From the IMG/VR virus record IMGVR_UViG_3300028584_001240: DNA of 64,000 nucleotides. One strand, 5' to 3'. The DNA is from a virus (taxonomy: Duplodnaviria; Heunggongvirae; Uroviricota; Caudoviricetes). The notes beneath the pieces are model-generated. The model searched no databases and was not told where the DNA came from. It worked only from the letters and a program-made list of their open reading frames with translations. Position 1 is the first letter of the stretch; each line of letters starts with the position of its first letter. The position numbers were made by a program, and so were the translations under genes. Shown here in pieces: positions 28,800 to 37,255 of the stretch.

Positions 28800-29573
28800 T
28801 CAAATCAAAGACATCTCAGCTAAAGAAATATATTGTGGAAGATTCTTTTTATCTTGTAAAAACGTATCATTATCCATTTTCAGTAATTTAATTAAGACAA
28901 CACGAATACGTCTGAACGCATATCGTTTCAAGTGTCTAAACAATTGTGCTTCATTGACAACTTTATAATTTTTTCTATTACGACCGACTGAACTTAATGA
29001 TGTTAGGGTGCTCACTCGAAGTTGTTTGATATCATCCACTGGTTTAGAGATTTCAACTCGTACAACATAGCCATAGTTAACTAAAAAATCAATGTTAATT
29101 AATAGTTTTGGGGTTTCAGTAAAATCAAAAGACACACTGAAAAATATTTTGCTCCGCATAGCGACATCAGCCGCCCGGTATAAAGGTTTTTTTACATCGT
29201 GAAAATTTAAAGGTGTGATATCAACAGGAAGACTCATCTCATCAATATTAGGAAACGTTTTCAAACTTTTTTCATACGAATCATATGAGATCAATTTGTG
29301 TTCATCAAAACATTGAGCAACAGATGTCATCATGCCTACGATGGTAACAAATGACAGTTCGAAATAATTGCAAATATGTTCCATAATTTCTCTATTACAT
29401 CGTATATTTAAACTAGAACGATTAGCATTACAAATAAAACCAGTAGATTTAAAACTATTATACCTTGGAAATATATCGACTAATTGATTATCATGCTCAA
29501 ATGGAATGACAGATGACAAATGTTGTTGAAACTTTCGGATTTCATCCGCTTCCAGTGAAGTAATTTTTTGCAT
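28800..29573 (-). CDS. Tail-motif paralogue family member
   Basis: 257 aa. Ends ..NLPQYISLAEMSLI. Confidence 0.8.
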   Translation of the reverse strand: MQKITSLEADEIRKFQQHLSSVIPFEHDNQLVDIFPRYNSFKSTGFICNANRSSLNIRCNREIMEHICNYFELSFVTIVGMMTSVAQCFDEHKLISYDSYEKSLKTFPNIDEMSLPVDITPLNFHDVKKPLYRAADVAMRSKIFFSVSFDFTETPKLLINIDFLVNYGYVVRVEISKPVDDIKQLRVSTLTSLSSVGRNRKNYKVVNEAQLFRHLKRYAFRRIRVVLIKLLKMDNDTFLQDKKNLPQYISLAEMSLI

Positions 29574-30274
29574 TAAATAGTATCCATAGCAATCAGTGTC
29601 ATATATCGTCCAATGTCGTCAAATTCGGCTGATTTAATATCTTGTCGGCTGAACAATTTAATCTTCTTTGTCGTCAACAAACAAAGAACACGTTGTCGAA
29701 TAGCTTTTTTAATGATGTCATCAATTGATTGCATGTTATAATCAGGTGTAACACTCAGTAAGAAACGTTCTTTACGAGCCGTAGGTAAATAAATATCCAG
29801 AATCGGTTCAAAATGGTCACCTTTAACAATGAATCGCATTACTAATCGTACACTTGGATAAATATTATACCCTTTTCTAATGGTGTAAAAGGTTTCTTTA
29901 TTGGCAATGACATTCCTATCTTTCAGAGGAACCATCATTTCATAATTAAAACTATCGGCATGAAAGTTTTCAATATCAAAGGTAGGTTGATGACTGACAG
30001 TGGTTGTCAATTGAGTGTTTTCCATGCGTGACATATACAGATCAACAATTTCTCTCACAATCTTGAAATCCATTGAAAATAATCCATAAATCTCTTTAAG
30101 CATATTAAGATTTAAGGCAGTAACATTCACTTCAAAAACATCGGCTTTAATTTGACTTAGAGTCATGTATTGAGTGTAATTATTTTCCTCAATAAAATAT
30201 TTAAAGATACCTTCTTGATGGGCTTTTTTGTATTCATTGATTTCATTGATAACAATCTGTTTAAAGTTTTTCAT
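29573..30274 (-). CDS. Tail-motif paralogue family member
   Basis: 233 aa. Ends ..DIGRYMTLIAMDTI. 1-nt overlap with the downstream gene. Confidence 0.8.
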   Translation of the reverse strand: MKNFKQIVINEINEYKKAHQEGIFKYFIEENNYTQYMTLSQIKADVFEVNVTALNLNMLKEIYGLFSMDFKIVREIVDLYMSRMENTQLTTTVSHQPTFDIENFHADSFNYEMMVPLKDRNVIANKETFYTIRKGYNIYPSVRLVMRFIVKGDHFEPILDIYLPTARKERFLLSVTPDYNMQSIDDIIKKAIRQRVLCLLTTKKIKLFSRQDIKSAEFDDIGRYMTLIAMDTI

Positions 30275-30275
30275 T

Positions 30276-31013
30276 TTAAATTTTTTCCATGCTAAGAACG
30301 GTTAAGTATTGTTTAAGCGTTTCTTCATCAAATTCAACAGCGTCAAAACATTCTTCTGGGTAAGCGTCAATCAAGAAGGCTTTAAACTCACTCAGCACAC
30401 CTTCTTTGACTACTTTTTGGGCGACTTCATATAATTCATCGTTACCAAGAATAACAGAGAAATAGCCCTCTTCTGAGAGTGGGAATGTGATTTTAGCCCT
30501 TGGTTGAATGACACCATCTTGAAAATGCAAAAACAACTGAATATAAATACGGGCGTCTTTTAGATTTAATCCACCACTGAATTCCTTAGAGTAGTAATTA
30601 CCCTCTGCAGCGACTCCTGCAAAGGAATCATACTTACTGGTAAACTCTTCACGAAAGACAGCTTTTATATAAGAATCGTCATAACGGTCATGCATTTTGA
30701 AATCACGCATGTAGCTGACGTATGCTTCGCAAATAGAATCTACTTTGTCAAAATCAAAACCAAACGATTTATAAATTTGACGTTCAATCAATGAAAACTT
30801 GGTTTTCAAAACATAGATATCTGAATAGTCTTTAAATAGATTTTTTTCAACATTGATAGGTGTGAAATAATCAAGTTCCGACCATTTTACTGAATACTTT
30901 GTTAACTTTAATGATGTCTCATGAGCACCATTAAATAAAAGTTTATTCGTATCAAATGAATAGGCATTCAAGGTATTAACAAAATCTTTAAGCCCTTCGT
31001 TCATTGTACTCAT
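30276..31013 (-). CDS. Tail-motif paralogue family member
   Basis: 245 aa. Ends ..TLKQYLTVLSMEKI. Confidence 0.8.
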   Translation of the reverse strand: MSTMNEGLKDFVNTLNAYSFDTNKLLFNGAHETSLKLTKYSVKWSELDYFTPINVEKNLFKDYSDIYVLKTKFSLIERQIYKSFGFDFDKVDSICEAYVSYMRDFKMHDRYDDSYIKAVFREEFTSKYDSFAGVAAEGNYYSKEFSGGLNLKDARIYIQLFLHFQDGVIQPRAKITFPLSEEGYFSVILGNDELYEVAQKVVKEGVLSEFKAFLIDAYPEECFDAVEFDEETLKQYLTVLSMEKI

Positions 31014-31429
31014 GAGTTAAAACCTACACTGGATTCTGCTGTTTTAATGGAAACCCAATCCACCAAGGAAAGGACACTGAAATCACACATTTCATTAGTA
31101 ACAATAAAGGAACCCAGTGGGATTTTGAAATCTCCATGAACAAAGACTGAATGGTTTGTTTCAAAGTTAATTTGTTCGTCAAATGAATGCGTGAATGCCG
31201 CCAACGCTTCATCATAGCCAGCCATACCTTCTTCAAGTTTCTGGCAAGCACTCAAATCTTGTTGAACTTGCTCATAAAGATCTCGCCAACGGGTAATGAA
31301 AATAAACAAAGCATTTCTCAACAAATTATCAAATTCAATAACAGAATGATTAGATTCAATAACAATCACTGAAGCTTCGCTATTTTTACCATGATGGGTA
31401 AATGTTCTTGAAATAACAATCTGATTCAT
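31010..31429 (-). CDS. Hypothetical protein
   Basis: 139 aa. ATGA overlap with the downstream family gene. No tail motif and nothing recognisable. Confidence 0.65.
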   Translation of the reverse strand: MNQIVISRTFTHHGKNSEASVIVIESNHSVIEFDNLLRNALFIFITRWRDLYEQVQQDLSACQKLEEGMAGYDEALAAFTHSFDEQINFETNHSVFVHGDFKIPLGSFIVTNEMCDFSVLSLVDWVSIKTAESSVGFNS

Positions 31430-31490
31430 AATACGCTCTCTCTATAAAAATAATGCTTAAATTATAACACAACGATGAATTTTAGGCAAT

Positions 31491-31516
31491 AAAAAAGAAC
31501 CCGTAGGTTCTTTTTT
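31491..31516. terminator. Rho-independent terminator after the SPFH gene
   Basis: aaaaaaGAACCcgtaGGTTCtttttt. Confidence 0.85.
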
Positions 31517-31532
31517 AATTAAGCTTAGTCAA

Positions 31533-32441
31533 TTAAACTTTGTGGTGACCCAACTCAGTAGATCTCAAACCGGCTACCAAACTAGTCAACTCTTTAAGTT
31601 CAGCGTTAGTGCCTGCGTCACTGATAATAAGTGAACCTTTACCGTTTGCAACATCACGTAATGTGTCAAATTTGTTCAATTGAAGAATCATAGCTACTGC
31701 CATTTCATTAGAGATATTCAACGAAGAAGAAAGATTTTCAATCGCTTCATTAAAACCACGACTAATAGCAAGACGTTGATCAGCAATACCTTCACCTTGT
31801 AATTTCTTAGACTCTTTTTGTGCCTGAGCTTCTGCAACAATAGTAATTCTTGAAGCTTCTGCACGGTTCTTGGCAGCTTCTTTTTCACGCTCAGATGCAG
31901 TTACTGAGTTGTATGAGTCTTGAACATCACTGGTTGGAATTGGTTCGTCAACGAGAACCGCAACAATTTTGAAACCAAATTCTTCCATCTTTTTAGACAA
32001 CACTTCTTCAATGACATCTTGAATTTCATCACGAACGCTATAAAGTTCCAAGAATGTTTTCTTACCCACTTCTGAACGAACAAGGTTGCTAACATAACTA
32101 ATGATTTGTGTTTCTGGATCATCAAGTTCATAAGCAGCTTTTTCAGCATCAAGTACATGGTACTGAACGTTTATTGGGTATTTAATAAATAAGTTGTCAT
32201 TAGTTTTCAATTCAAGCACAGTGCTCAATTGTAAAATGTTCAAAGGAACAACTTTATCAACAGCTTGAATCGGCCAAGGAAGTTTAAAAGACAAACCAGC
32301 TTCTTTGATTGCAGAAAACTTACCAAATGTAACAATTACTGAAACATGTTTGTTTTTGGTCAAAACAACACATGAGTAAACTAATAGTCCTATTAATCCT
32401 ACTAATAGTAGTATCATAAAAGCATTTCCGAACATATACAT
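31533..32441 (-). CDS. SPFH / band-7 (stomatin-prohibitin-HflK/C-like) membrane protein
   Basis: N-terminal TM helix (FMILLLVGLIGLLVYSCVV) followed by a typical SPFH core (VIVTFGKFSAIKEAGLSFKLPWPIQ..) and a coiled-coil EAAKNRAEASRI.. region. AGGAG SD. Confidence 0.85.
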   Translation of the reverse strand: MYMFGNAFMILLLVGLIGLLVYSCVVLTKNKHVSVIVTFGKFSAIKEAGLSFKLPWPIQAVDKVVPLNILQLSTVLELKTNDNLFIKYPINVQYHVLDAEKAAYELDDPETQIISYVSNLVRSEVGKKTFLELYSVRDEIQDVIEEVLSKKMEEFGFKIVAVLVDEPIPTSDVQDSYNSVTASEREKEAAKNRAEASRITIVAEAQAQKESKKLQGEGIADQRLAISRGFNEAIENLSSSLNISNEMAVAMILQLNKFDTLRDVANGKGSLIISDAGTNAELKELTSLVAGLRSTELGHHKV

Positions 32442-32521
32442 TTCTCCTTTTAAATTAATGCTTTTCTAGTATAAATTAAAGAAGATAAATGTCAAATTTG
32501 AAAATCTCAAAAATGATACAC

Positions 32522-32546
32522 AAAAAAAAATGAGGCCGAAGCCTCA
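32522..32546 (-). terminator. Rho-independent terminator
   Basis: Minus strand: TGAGGCttcgGCCTCAttttttttt. Confidence 0.85.
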
Positions 32547-32566
32547 TTAACAAGTATTATAATCAG

Positions 32567-33097
32567 TTAAAAGTCAACAGGAAGTTCAATGCGTTCACTT
32601 GCGACCAGTTCCCAGAAGCTGGTGTAAATCATGGCGTCCGTCAGTTGTCGAGTAAGTTTTTCGTTATAAATATATTCACAAATTGCACGAATTCTCATTT
32701 CAGCTTCACGGTATCCACGAACGAAAGGTTGCCAATTTAATTCTGAACCTGTATTGAATTGTTGGAAAAGGAGATAAATAAAAGCGAGTTCTTTTTGTTT
32801 CTTAGCGGCTTCGCCAAATTGTTTAATATTTTCTTTATTAACACCTTGTGCAGAGATGCGACGCTGAATGCTTGCAAACTGATAAAGCATATTGTCAATG
32901 GCAAAGGCATAGCTGATTGAATAGTATTTAAAAGCTTCTGCTGTATCAGCAAGGTTATAGTTTTCAACAGATTGTTCAAACATCAAGCGTGAATCGACCA
33001 GTTTTTTACGAGTTGGAGCTTCGATTAAGTCTGTCTCTAAATAGTGAGCATTGCCACTTTTTTGCGATTTAAAAAGCTTACTTAGTGAAGAATTCAT
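32567..33097 (-). CDS. Hypothetical protein
   Basis: 176 aa with GGAG SD. Helical-looking and not recognised. Confidence 0.65.
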   Translation of the reverse strand: MNSSLSKLFKSQKSGNAHYLETDLIEAPTRKKLVDSRLMFEQSVENYNLADTAEAFKYYSISYAFAIDNMLYQFASIQRRISAQGVNKENIKQFGEAAKKQKELAFIYLLFQQFNTGSELNWQPFVRGYREAEMRIRAICEYIYNEKLTRQLTDAMIYTSFWELVASERIELPVDF

Positions 33098-33226
33098 GGT
33101 TAGCTCCTGTCGATTGAGTAGAACTTATTATAGCACAATTTTTATGAAAACAAAATATTTTAATGCTCCACTTATCTTTTTTTTTAAATATGATAAAATG
33201 AATTAAAACAATAACAAGGAAAATTA

Positions 33227-34099
33227 ATGACTTTATTTCGTAAAAAAACTGCTGATGAAATGCAATCAAAAATATTAGATACCATCCAAGAATACAGAGA
33301 ATCATTGCATGAAAAACAAAAAATAGAAGAAAAAGTTGAAAGCAGTAGATTTAAGGCTATTGCTGGCATGTTAACAATGTCTGCGGCTTCACTGGGTGCT
33401 TTTGGTGTAATAACCGTAGCTTCTTCTGGTTTGATTGCAGCTCCACTTGCTGCAGCAATAGTAACAGCAAGTGTACCTATTAGTAGTGTCGCCTTAGCCT
33501 ATGCTGGTGTAAATCATCTTGTTAGAAAATATCATGAAAGTAAACTTTCGAATGGCTTCGGTATAAAATCAATGTTGACTGATGAAGATTTTGTTAAAAA
33601 AGCTGGAAGTAAATTTGATAAAAAAATAAATAATATTTTATCACAAACATCTGACCATAAACGATTGCAATATAGCCAACTTGATGAATTAAAAAAGGCT
33701 ATTATTAATGATAATGGAACTTCATTAGATGATGCGTTGAAAGCAATAAATCTACCAGATACAAAGCATAAAAAAGTATTCAAAGAAAATATATCAGGAC
33801 AACTTGAAGCTAGTTTAGAAAGAATTATGCCAAAGTCATTTTATTCAAGTAGAAAAGAAAGTTTGAAAACAGGATTAGGATTAACCGTTGCAATGGGCGG
33901 TGCAGTAGCTGCTGTTGGCGGAATGTCAGCCGCTTCTTTAATGGTCACTGGATTAGGTGTAATTGGTGGGGTTGGAGCCTTAGCGTGGTCAGGAATAAGA
34001 ATGGCAGCCGAAGCTATCGAAAATCGTCAAATCAAGAAAGAATTTGGTGTGAAAAATGACGAAGAAGCTGGAAAAAGAAAGACAAAATTAGCACTATAA
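33227..34099 (+). CDS. Membrane protein with Gly/Ala-zipper hydrophobic segments
   Basis: 290 aa. AIAGMLTMSAASLGAFGVITVASSGLIAAPLAAAIVTASV.. and the C-terminal GLGLTVAMGGAVAAVGGMSAASLMVTGLGVIGGVGALAW. AAGGA SD. An extended -10 TGaTAAAAT lies upstream. Confidence 0.7.
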   Translation: MTLFRKKTADEMQSKILDTIQEYRESLHEKQKIEEKVESSRFKAIAGMLTMSAASLGAFGVITVASSGLIAAPLAAAIVTASVPISSVALAYAGVNHLVRKYHESKLSNGFGIKSMLTDEDFVKKAGSKFDKKINNILSQTSDHKRLQYSQLDELKKAIINDNGTSLDDALKAINLPDTKHKKVFKENISGQLEASLERIMPKSFYSSRKESLKTGLGLTVAMGGAVAAVGGMSAASLMVTGLGVIGGVGALAWSGIRMAAEAIENRQIKKEFGVKNDEEAGKRKTKLAL

Positions 34100-34125
34100 A
34101 AAAAGGCACTTAGGTGCCTTTTTTC
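34098..34125. terminator. Bidirectional terminator
   Basis: aaaaAAGGCACttagGTGCCTTtttt. Confidence 0.85.
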
Positions 34126-34133
34126 AATCTTGA

Positions 34134-34433
34134 TTAGTTGGTTTTCAATTCAGTCGTTAGTCTGGAAACAAACCATTCTTCAAGTGTTTGAATGCTTGGC
34201 TCGGAGAATTCAAAACCTTTTTGTTTTTCTTTATTTTTAAAGTATCCAAAATACATCAATTCGAATTCTCGACCGATGAATTGGAATACATATTCCTTAC
34301 GCTCAACAGCCGCAAGGCAAGCAGTCATCATATCATAAAGAAATTTTTCTTTGCTTTCATATTCAAATGGAACGATGTCAGTCCCATACCAAGTGAACTC
34401 ATCACCGATAGAATATTCCATAACAAATCGCAT
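34134..34433 (-). CDS. Hypothetical protein (99 aa)
   Basis: The track ORF extends to 34613 through a promoter region. ATG 34433 (MRFVMEYSIG..) has GAGGA upstream, and the extension is low-complexity. Confidence 0.6.
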   Translation of the reverse strand: MRFVMEYSIGDEFTWYGTDIVPFEYESKEKFLYDMMTACLAAVERKEYVFQFIGREFELMYFGYFKNKEKQKGFEFSEPSIQTLEEWFVSRLTTELKTN

Positions 34434-34515
34434 ATTGAAATCCTCAACTGGTTTAATTGAAGCTATTATAACAGAAAACAAAGAAAAAGTAACTATTTTT
34501 TTATGTTCTTTTTTG

Positions 34516-34544
34516 TTGATAAAATTAAGGATAAGTGATAAAAT
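34516..34544 (+). promoter_or_regulatory. Putative sigma70 promoter
   Basis: TTGATA, 17 nt, then TAAAAT with TGa (extended -10). Confidence 0.6.
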
Positions 34545-34600
34545 CAAGAATAACTTTACTGGCTTTTTTTGGCTTGTATTAAAACAGATTAGGAAAATTA

Positions 34601-35494
34601 ATGAAAATAACACCCAAAGAATTAGAAGTCTTGAAAATCTATACTCAACAACTTAAACTGAGTGTTGTTGATGGCGTATTGCAGTTAAACGATGAACCAT
34701 TAGACTTATTTCCCTATCTTTTAAATAAATATCGTGGACTTCATGATATTCATATAGATTTTACGTCTCAAAGCATTAGAAATAATAATAAAGGTACTTT
34801 GTCTGTCTATGATAATAGTTTTACAGTGCTCACAGGTGACATTTTAATTAATGAAAACAATGTAAGATTTTTAGTTGATGGGTTTACATTTGAAAATGAT
34901 GAATTCTGTAAATATGTGTTAGAAATGAAGTCACTCAAACAAAATAGTAAAGATTTCTCAATGACATTAAATTATGAGAACTTTGGTAAATATAGATTAC
35001 GATGTGGAATGAATAATTCAACAATTTTGATGAGAATGTTAGCCGATCCATTGAATGAAACAAAATTTAAATTTCCTTATTTTAATTACGAAGAGTCGAG
35101 AGTAATTAAAGATAATACTGTATTGTATGAAACAATATGTAAAACTGAAATTGAAGAAGTTGACAAATATAGATCTTTATATGTAGCAAAAATACATGAA
35201 CTAATAAAAACATGTCAATTTGAACAGGGGCGATTAATTAATATTAAAACAACAGTTGATCTCAATTCAGCAGATATTTTATTTGACACGAATTTTATTT
35301 TGAATAAAAGTGAACAAAGAAAAATGTTGGAATATGTGTTCAATAACTATGATGAAATCAATGTTCCATTATATTCCTCAATCATAAAAAAGAGTGAAAA
35401 TTTTACAGCGAAAACATTTCAAACAGATGTTGTTTTCAATAGCCGAGAAATCATTAAAAACTTCTTAGACCTAACAGATATGGCAACTATATGA
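34601..35494 (+). CDS. Tail-motif paralogue family member
   Basis: 297 aa. Ends ..IIKNFLDLTDMATI. Confidence 0.8.
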   Translation: MKITPKELEVLKIYTQQLKLSVVDGVLQLNDEPLDLFPYLLNKYRGLHDIHIDFTSQSIRNNNKGTLSVYDNSFTVLTGDILINENNVRFLVDGFTFENDEFCKYVLEMKSLKQNSKDFSMTLNYENFGKYRLRCGMNNSTILMRMLADPLNETKFKFPYFNYEESRVIKDNTVLYETICKTEIEEVDKYRSLYVAKIHELIKTCQFEQGRLINIKTTVDLNSADILFDTNFILNKSEQRKMLEYVFNNYDEINVPLYSSIIKKSENFTAKTFQTDVVFNSREIIKNFLDLTDMATI

Positions 35495-35587
35495 CGCCAT
35501 TATTTTATCCTCTAAAAACAAGATAAATATTTGACTTTAATAAGATTTAGCGTAATCTATAGTTAACTATAATTTATAATATAAGGT

Positions 35588-36343
35588 ATGATCGTGACTA
35601 AGACATTAAAATTAACCACACTGCTAATTGCTATGGCGGGAATACTGCCATCTCTAGCTGCTTACAGAATCGCAATTCCATTAGAAACAACACAAGGTGG
35701 TGCTCTTCCAAACGGAAGCATCGTTATAGGGAATGTTAATCAACCAACTCAACCAACACCACCAAGTACTAACTGTGTTTATAATAGTGAATCTTATGTT
35801 CAAATGCTTAAAATAAGTAATCCTACATTTGAAGCTGGAGATAGAGTTTTTATCTATAATAATAATCTTGTAGGTTATGATAGTCCATCAAATGGACTTA
35901 CACCACCTAACGGATTAACTGCTGGAACTCAACAAGCTGAGTTAATTGAAACTACTGACTTTGAGCTTTGTGGTGATAATCTAGAAAGTTATCCAGCATT
36001 ACCACCAATTGGCGGTGGTGGACCACCACCGGGACCAATAGATCCTCCAGTAGATGATCATACAGGACCGGATTGGACACCTGAATGTATATTGAATACA
36101 ACGACTGATTATGCAGCAATAAACACGCTCAATAATTCTCGTGAATTTCATTCAACGACATTTGGATTAAATCATGTTGCAGTCCAAAATTGGAATTATG
36201 TTCCTGCTGATTATGATCCAAATAATCCATCATCATATATATATTTTGATAAATCAGAACAAACAGGAGATCCACGAGTTTCTGGACCAAATCCTGATTT
36301 TACATATTCTGAAATATGTAGAGTTAGAAAAAGAGACTTATAA
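35588..36343 (+). CDS. Exported Pro/Gly-rich hypothetical protein
   Basis: N-terminal signal-like segment KLTTLLIAMAGILPSLAAY. PPIGGGGPPPGPIDPP tract. The start could instead be GTG 35594, which is better spaced from AAGG. Confidence 0.65.
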   Translation: MIVTKTLKLTTLLIAMAGILPSLAAYRIAIPLETTQGGALPNGSIVIGNVNQPTQPTPPSTNCVYNSESYVQMLKISNPTFEAGDRVFIYNNNLVGYDSPSNGLTPPNGLTAGTQQAELIETTDFELCGDNLESYPALPPIGGGGPPPGPIDPPVDDHTGPDWTPECILNTTTDYAAINTLNNSREFHSTTFGLNHVAVQNWNYVPADYDPNNPSSYIYFDKSEQTGDPRVSGPNPDFTYSEICRVRKRDL

Positions 36344-36346
36344 AAA

Positions 36347-36378
36347 ATAAAGCACTTAGAAATAGGTGCTTTTTTTTG
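36347..36378 (+). terminator. Rho-independent terminator
   Basis: AGCACttagaaatagGTGCTtttttttt. Confidence 0.6.
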
Positions 36379-36463
36379 CTATGTAATAATTGTGTAAAGC
36401 TCATTGTAAATGATTATTATTTTGATATGATATGATCAAGATAACACCACAATGGAGTTTACC

Positions 36464-36874
36464 ATGAAAAAGATAATCACAAGTTTAGTTTTAGCCAGCA
36501 CATTACTATCAGTAGGTGTAGCTCAAGCACGCGGTGGACATCATCACGGCGGTGGAAATGATTTCGGTAGATTTGTGGGTTACACTGCGGCTGCAGCTTT
36601 AACAGTTGGTGCTGTATCCTATGTCATTAATTCTGGAAATAACAATGCTTACAATAGAGGTTATAATGATAGGGCTAGGTATCAAGCAGCAGCCAGAGAA
36701 CAAGCGGCTTACGATTATGAAATGAGCAGACGTTATCAGCCACAACCTGTATACTATTCACAACCTGTCTATTACGCTCCACCAGTAAGACAACAAGTTA
36801 TTTATGTTGATAGACCTGTTTACTACACACCACCTGTGCAAAGAGTGTATTACAATGGATACTACCCATATTAA
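36464..36874 (+). CDS. Exported Tyr/Pro-repeat protein
   Basis: Start moved to ATG 36464 (GGAG 8 nt upstream). Signal peptide MKKIITSLVLASTLLSVGVAQA, then GGHHHGGG, a hydrophobic segment, and a repeated (Q)PVYY motif (PVYYSQPVYYAPPV..RPVYYTPPV..VYYNGYYPY). Confidence 0.7.
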   Translation: MKKIITSLVLASTLLSVGVAQARGGHHHGGGNDFGRFVGYTAAAALTVGAVSYVINSGNNNAYNRGYNDRARYQAAAREQAAYDYEMSRRYQPQPVYYSQPVYYAPPVRQQVIYVDRPVYYTPPVQRVYYNGYYPY

Positions 36875-36879
36875 AGAAT

Positions 36880-36907
36880 AAAAAAAGACCTGAAAAGGTC
36901 TTTTTTG
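36880..36907. terminator. Bidirectional terminator
   Basis: aaaaaAGACCtgaaaaGGTCTttttt. Confidence 0.8.
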
Positions 36908-36915
36908 TTGTGTTG

Positions 36916-37086
36916 TTATTTCTCGTAATGTTCATTCATCCGTTGAAGATCTTCTGGGCTTAAATCCTTACCATCCCAATCAAGAATACCAAGTCTATCA
37001 TCAATACGCCATTGAGATTCAGCGTCTAATTTACCATAGTTAGTTGGACGTTCAAAACTTTTTTCAAACATTTCTCTTTGATTCAT
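36916..37086 (-). CDS. Small hypothetical protein (56 aa; below the ORF-track cutoff)
   Basis: My translation is MNQREMFEKSFERPTNYGKLDAESQWRIDDRLGILDWDGKDLSPEDLQRMNEHYEK. GGAGAGcaaatATG SD. Followed by the terminator at 36880-36907. Confidence 0.6.
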   Translation of the reverse strand: MNQREMFEKSFERPTNYGKLDAESQWRIDDRLGILDWDGKDLSPEDLQRMNEHYEK

Positions 37087-37110
37087 ATTTGCTCTCCAAT
37101 TAAAAATACA

Positions 37111-37220
37111 TTAGGACCATCATGCTTTGCACCATGCACTGAAGGAGTCGAACCTTCTAGTTTAGGGACTCGAACCCCGCTTAACACAACAGACTACTGC
37201 CGTTCGCCATCACGTCCTAA
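37111..37220 (-). ncRNA. tRNA-like structured RNA candidate (two T-arm-like hairpins inside a 7-bp closing helix)
   Basis: Minus strand elements: 5'-TTAGGAC (37220-37214) pairs with GTCCTAA-3' (37117-37111). Inside are ACGGCAG-TAGT-CTGTTGT (7 bp), GGGG-TTCGAGT-CCCT (37178-37164) and GAAGG-TTCGACT-CCTTC (37157-37141). Both loops fit the T-loop consensus UUCRANY. I could not fold a canonical cloverleaf. Confidence 0.4.
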
Positions 37221-37255
37221 ATCTGGTGAATGGATGTAAACCATCTCATTCATGT

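Noticed and set aside
37111-37220. Attempt to call one or two canonical tRNA genes (or a class II long-variable-arm tRNA) from the two T-arm-like hairpins.
   Set aside because: No 7-nt strands complementary to the sequences following either T arm (AGTGCAT, AACTAGA) exist at the required distance. No D arm or 7-nt anticodon loop could be placed either. It is reported only as a tRNA-like RNA candidate or possible decayed tRNAs.
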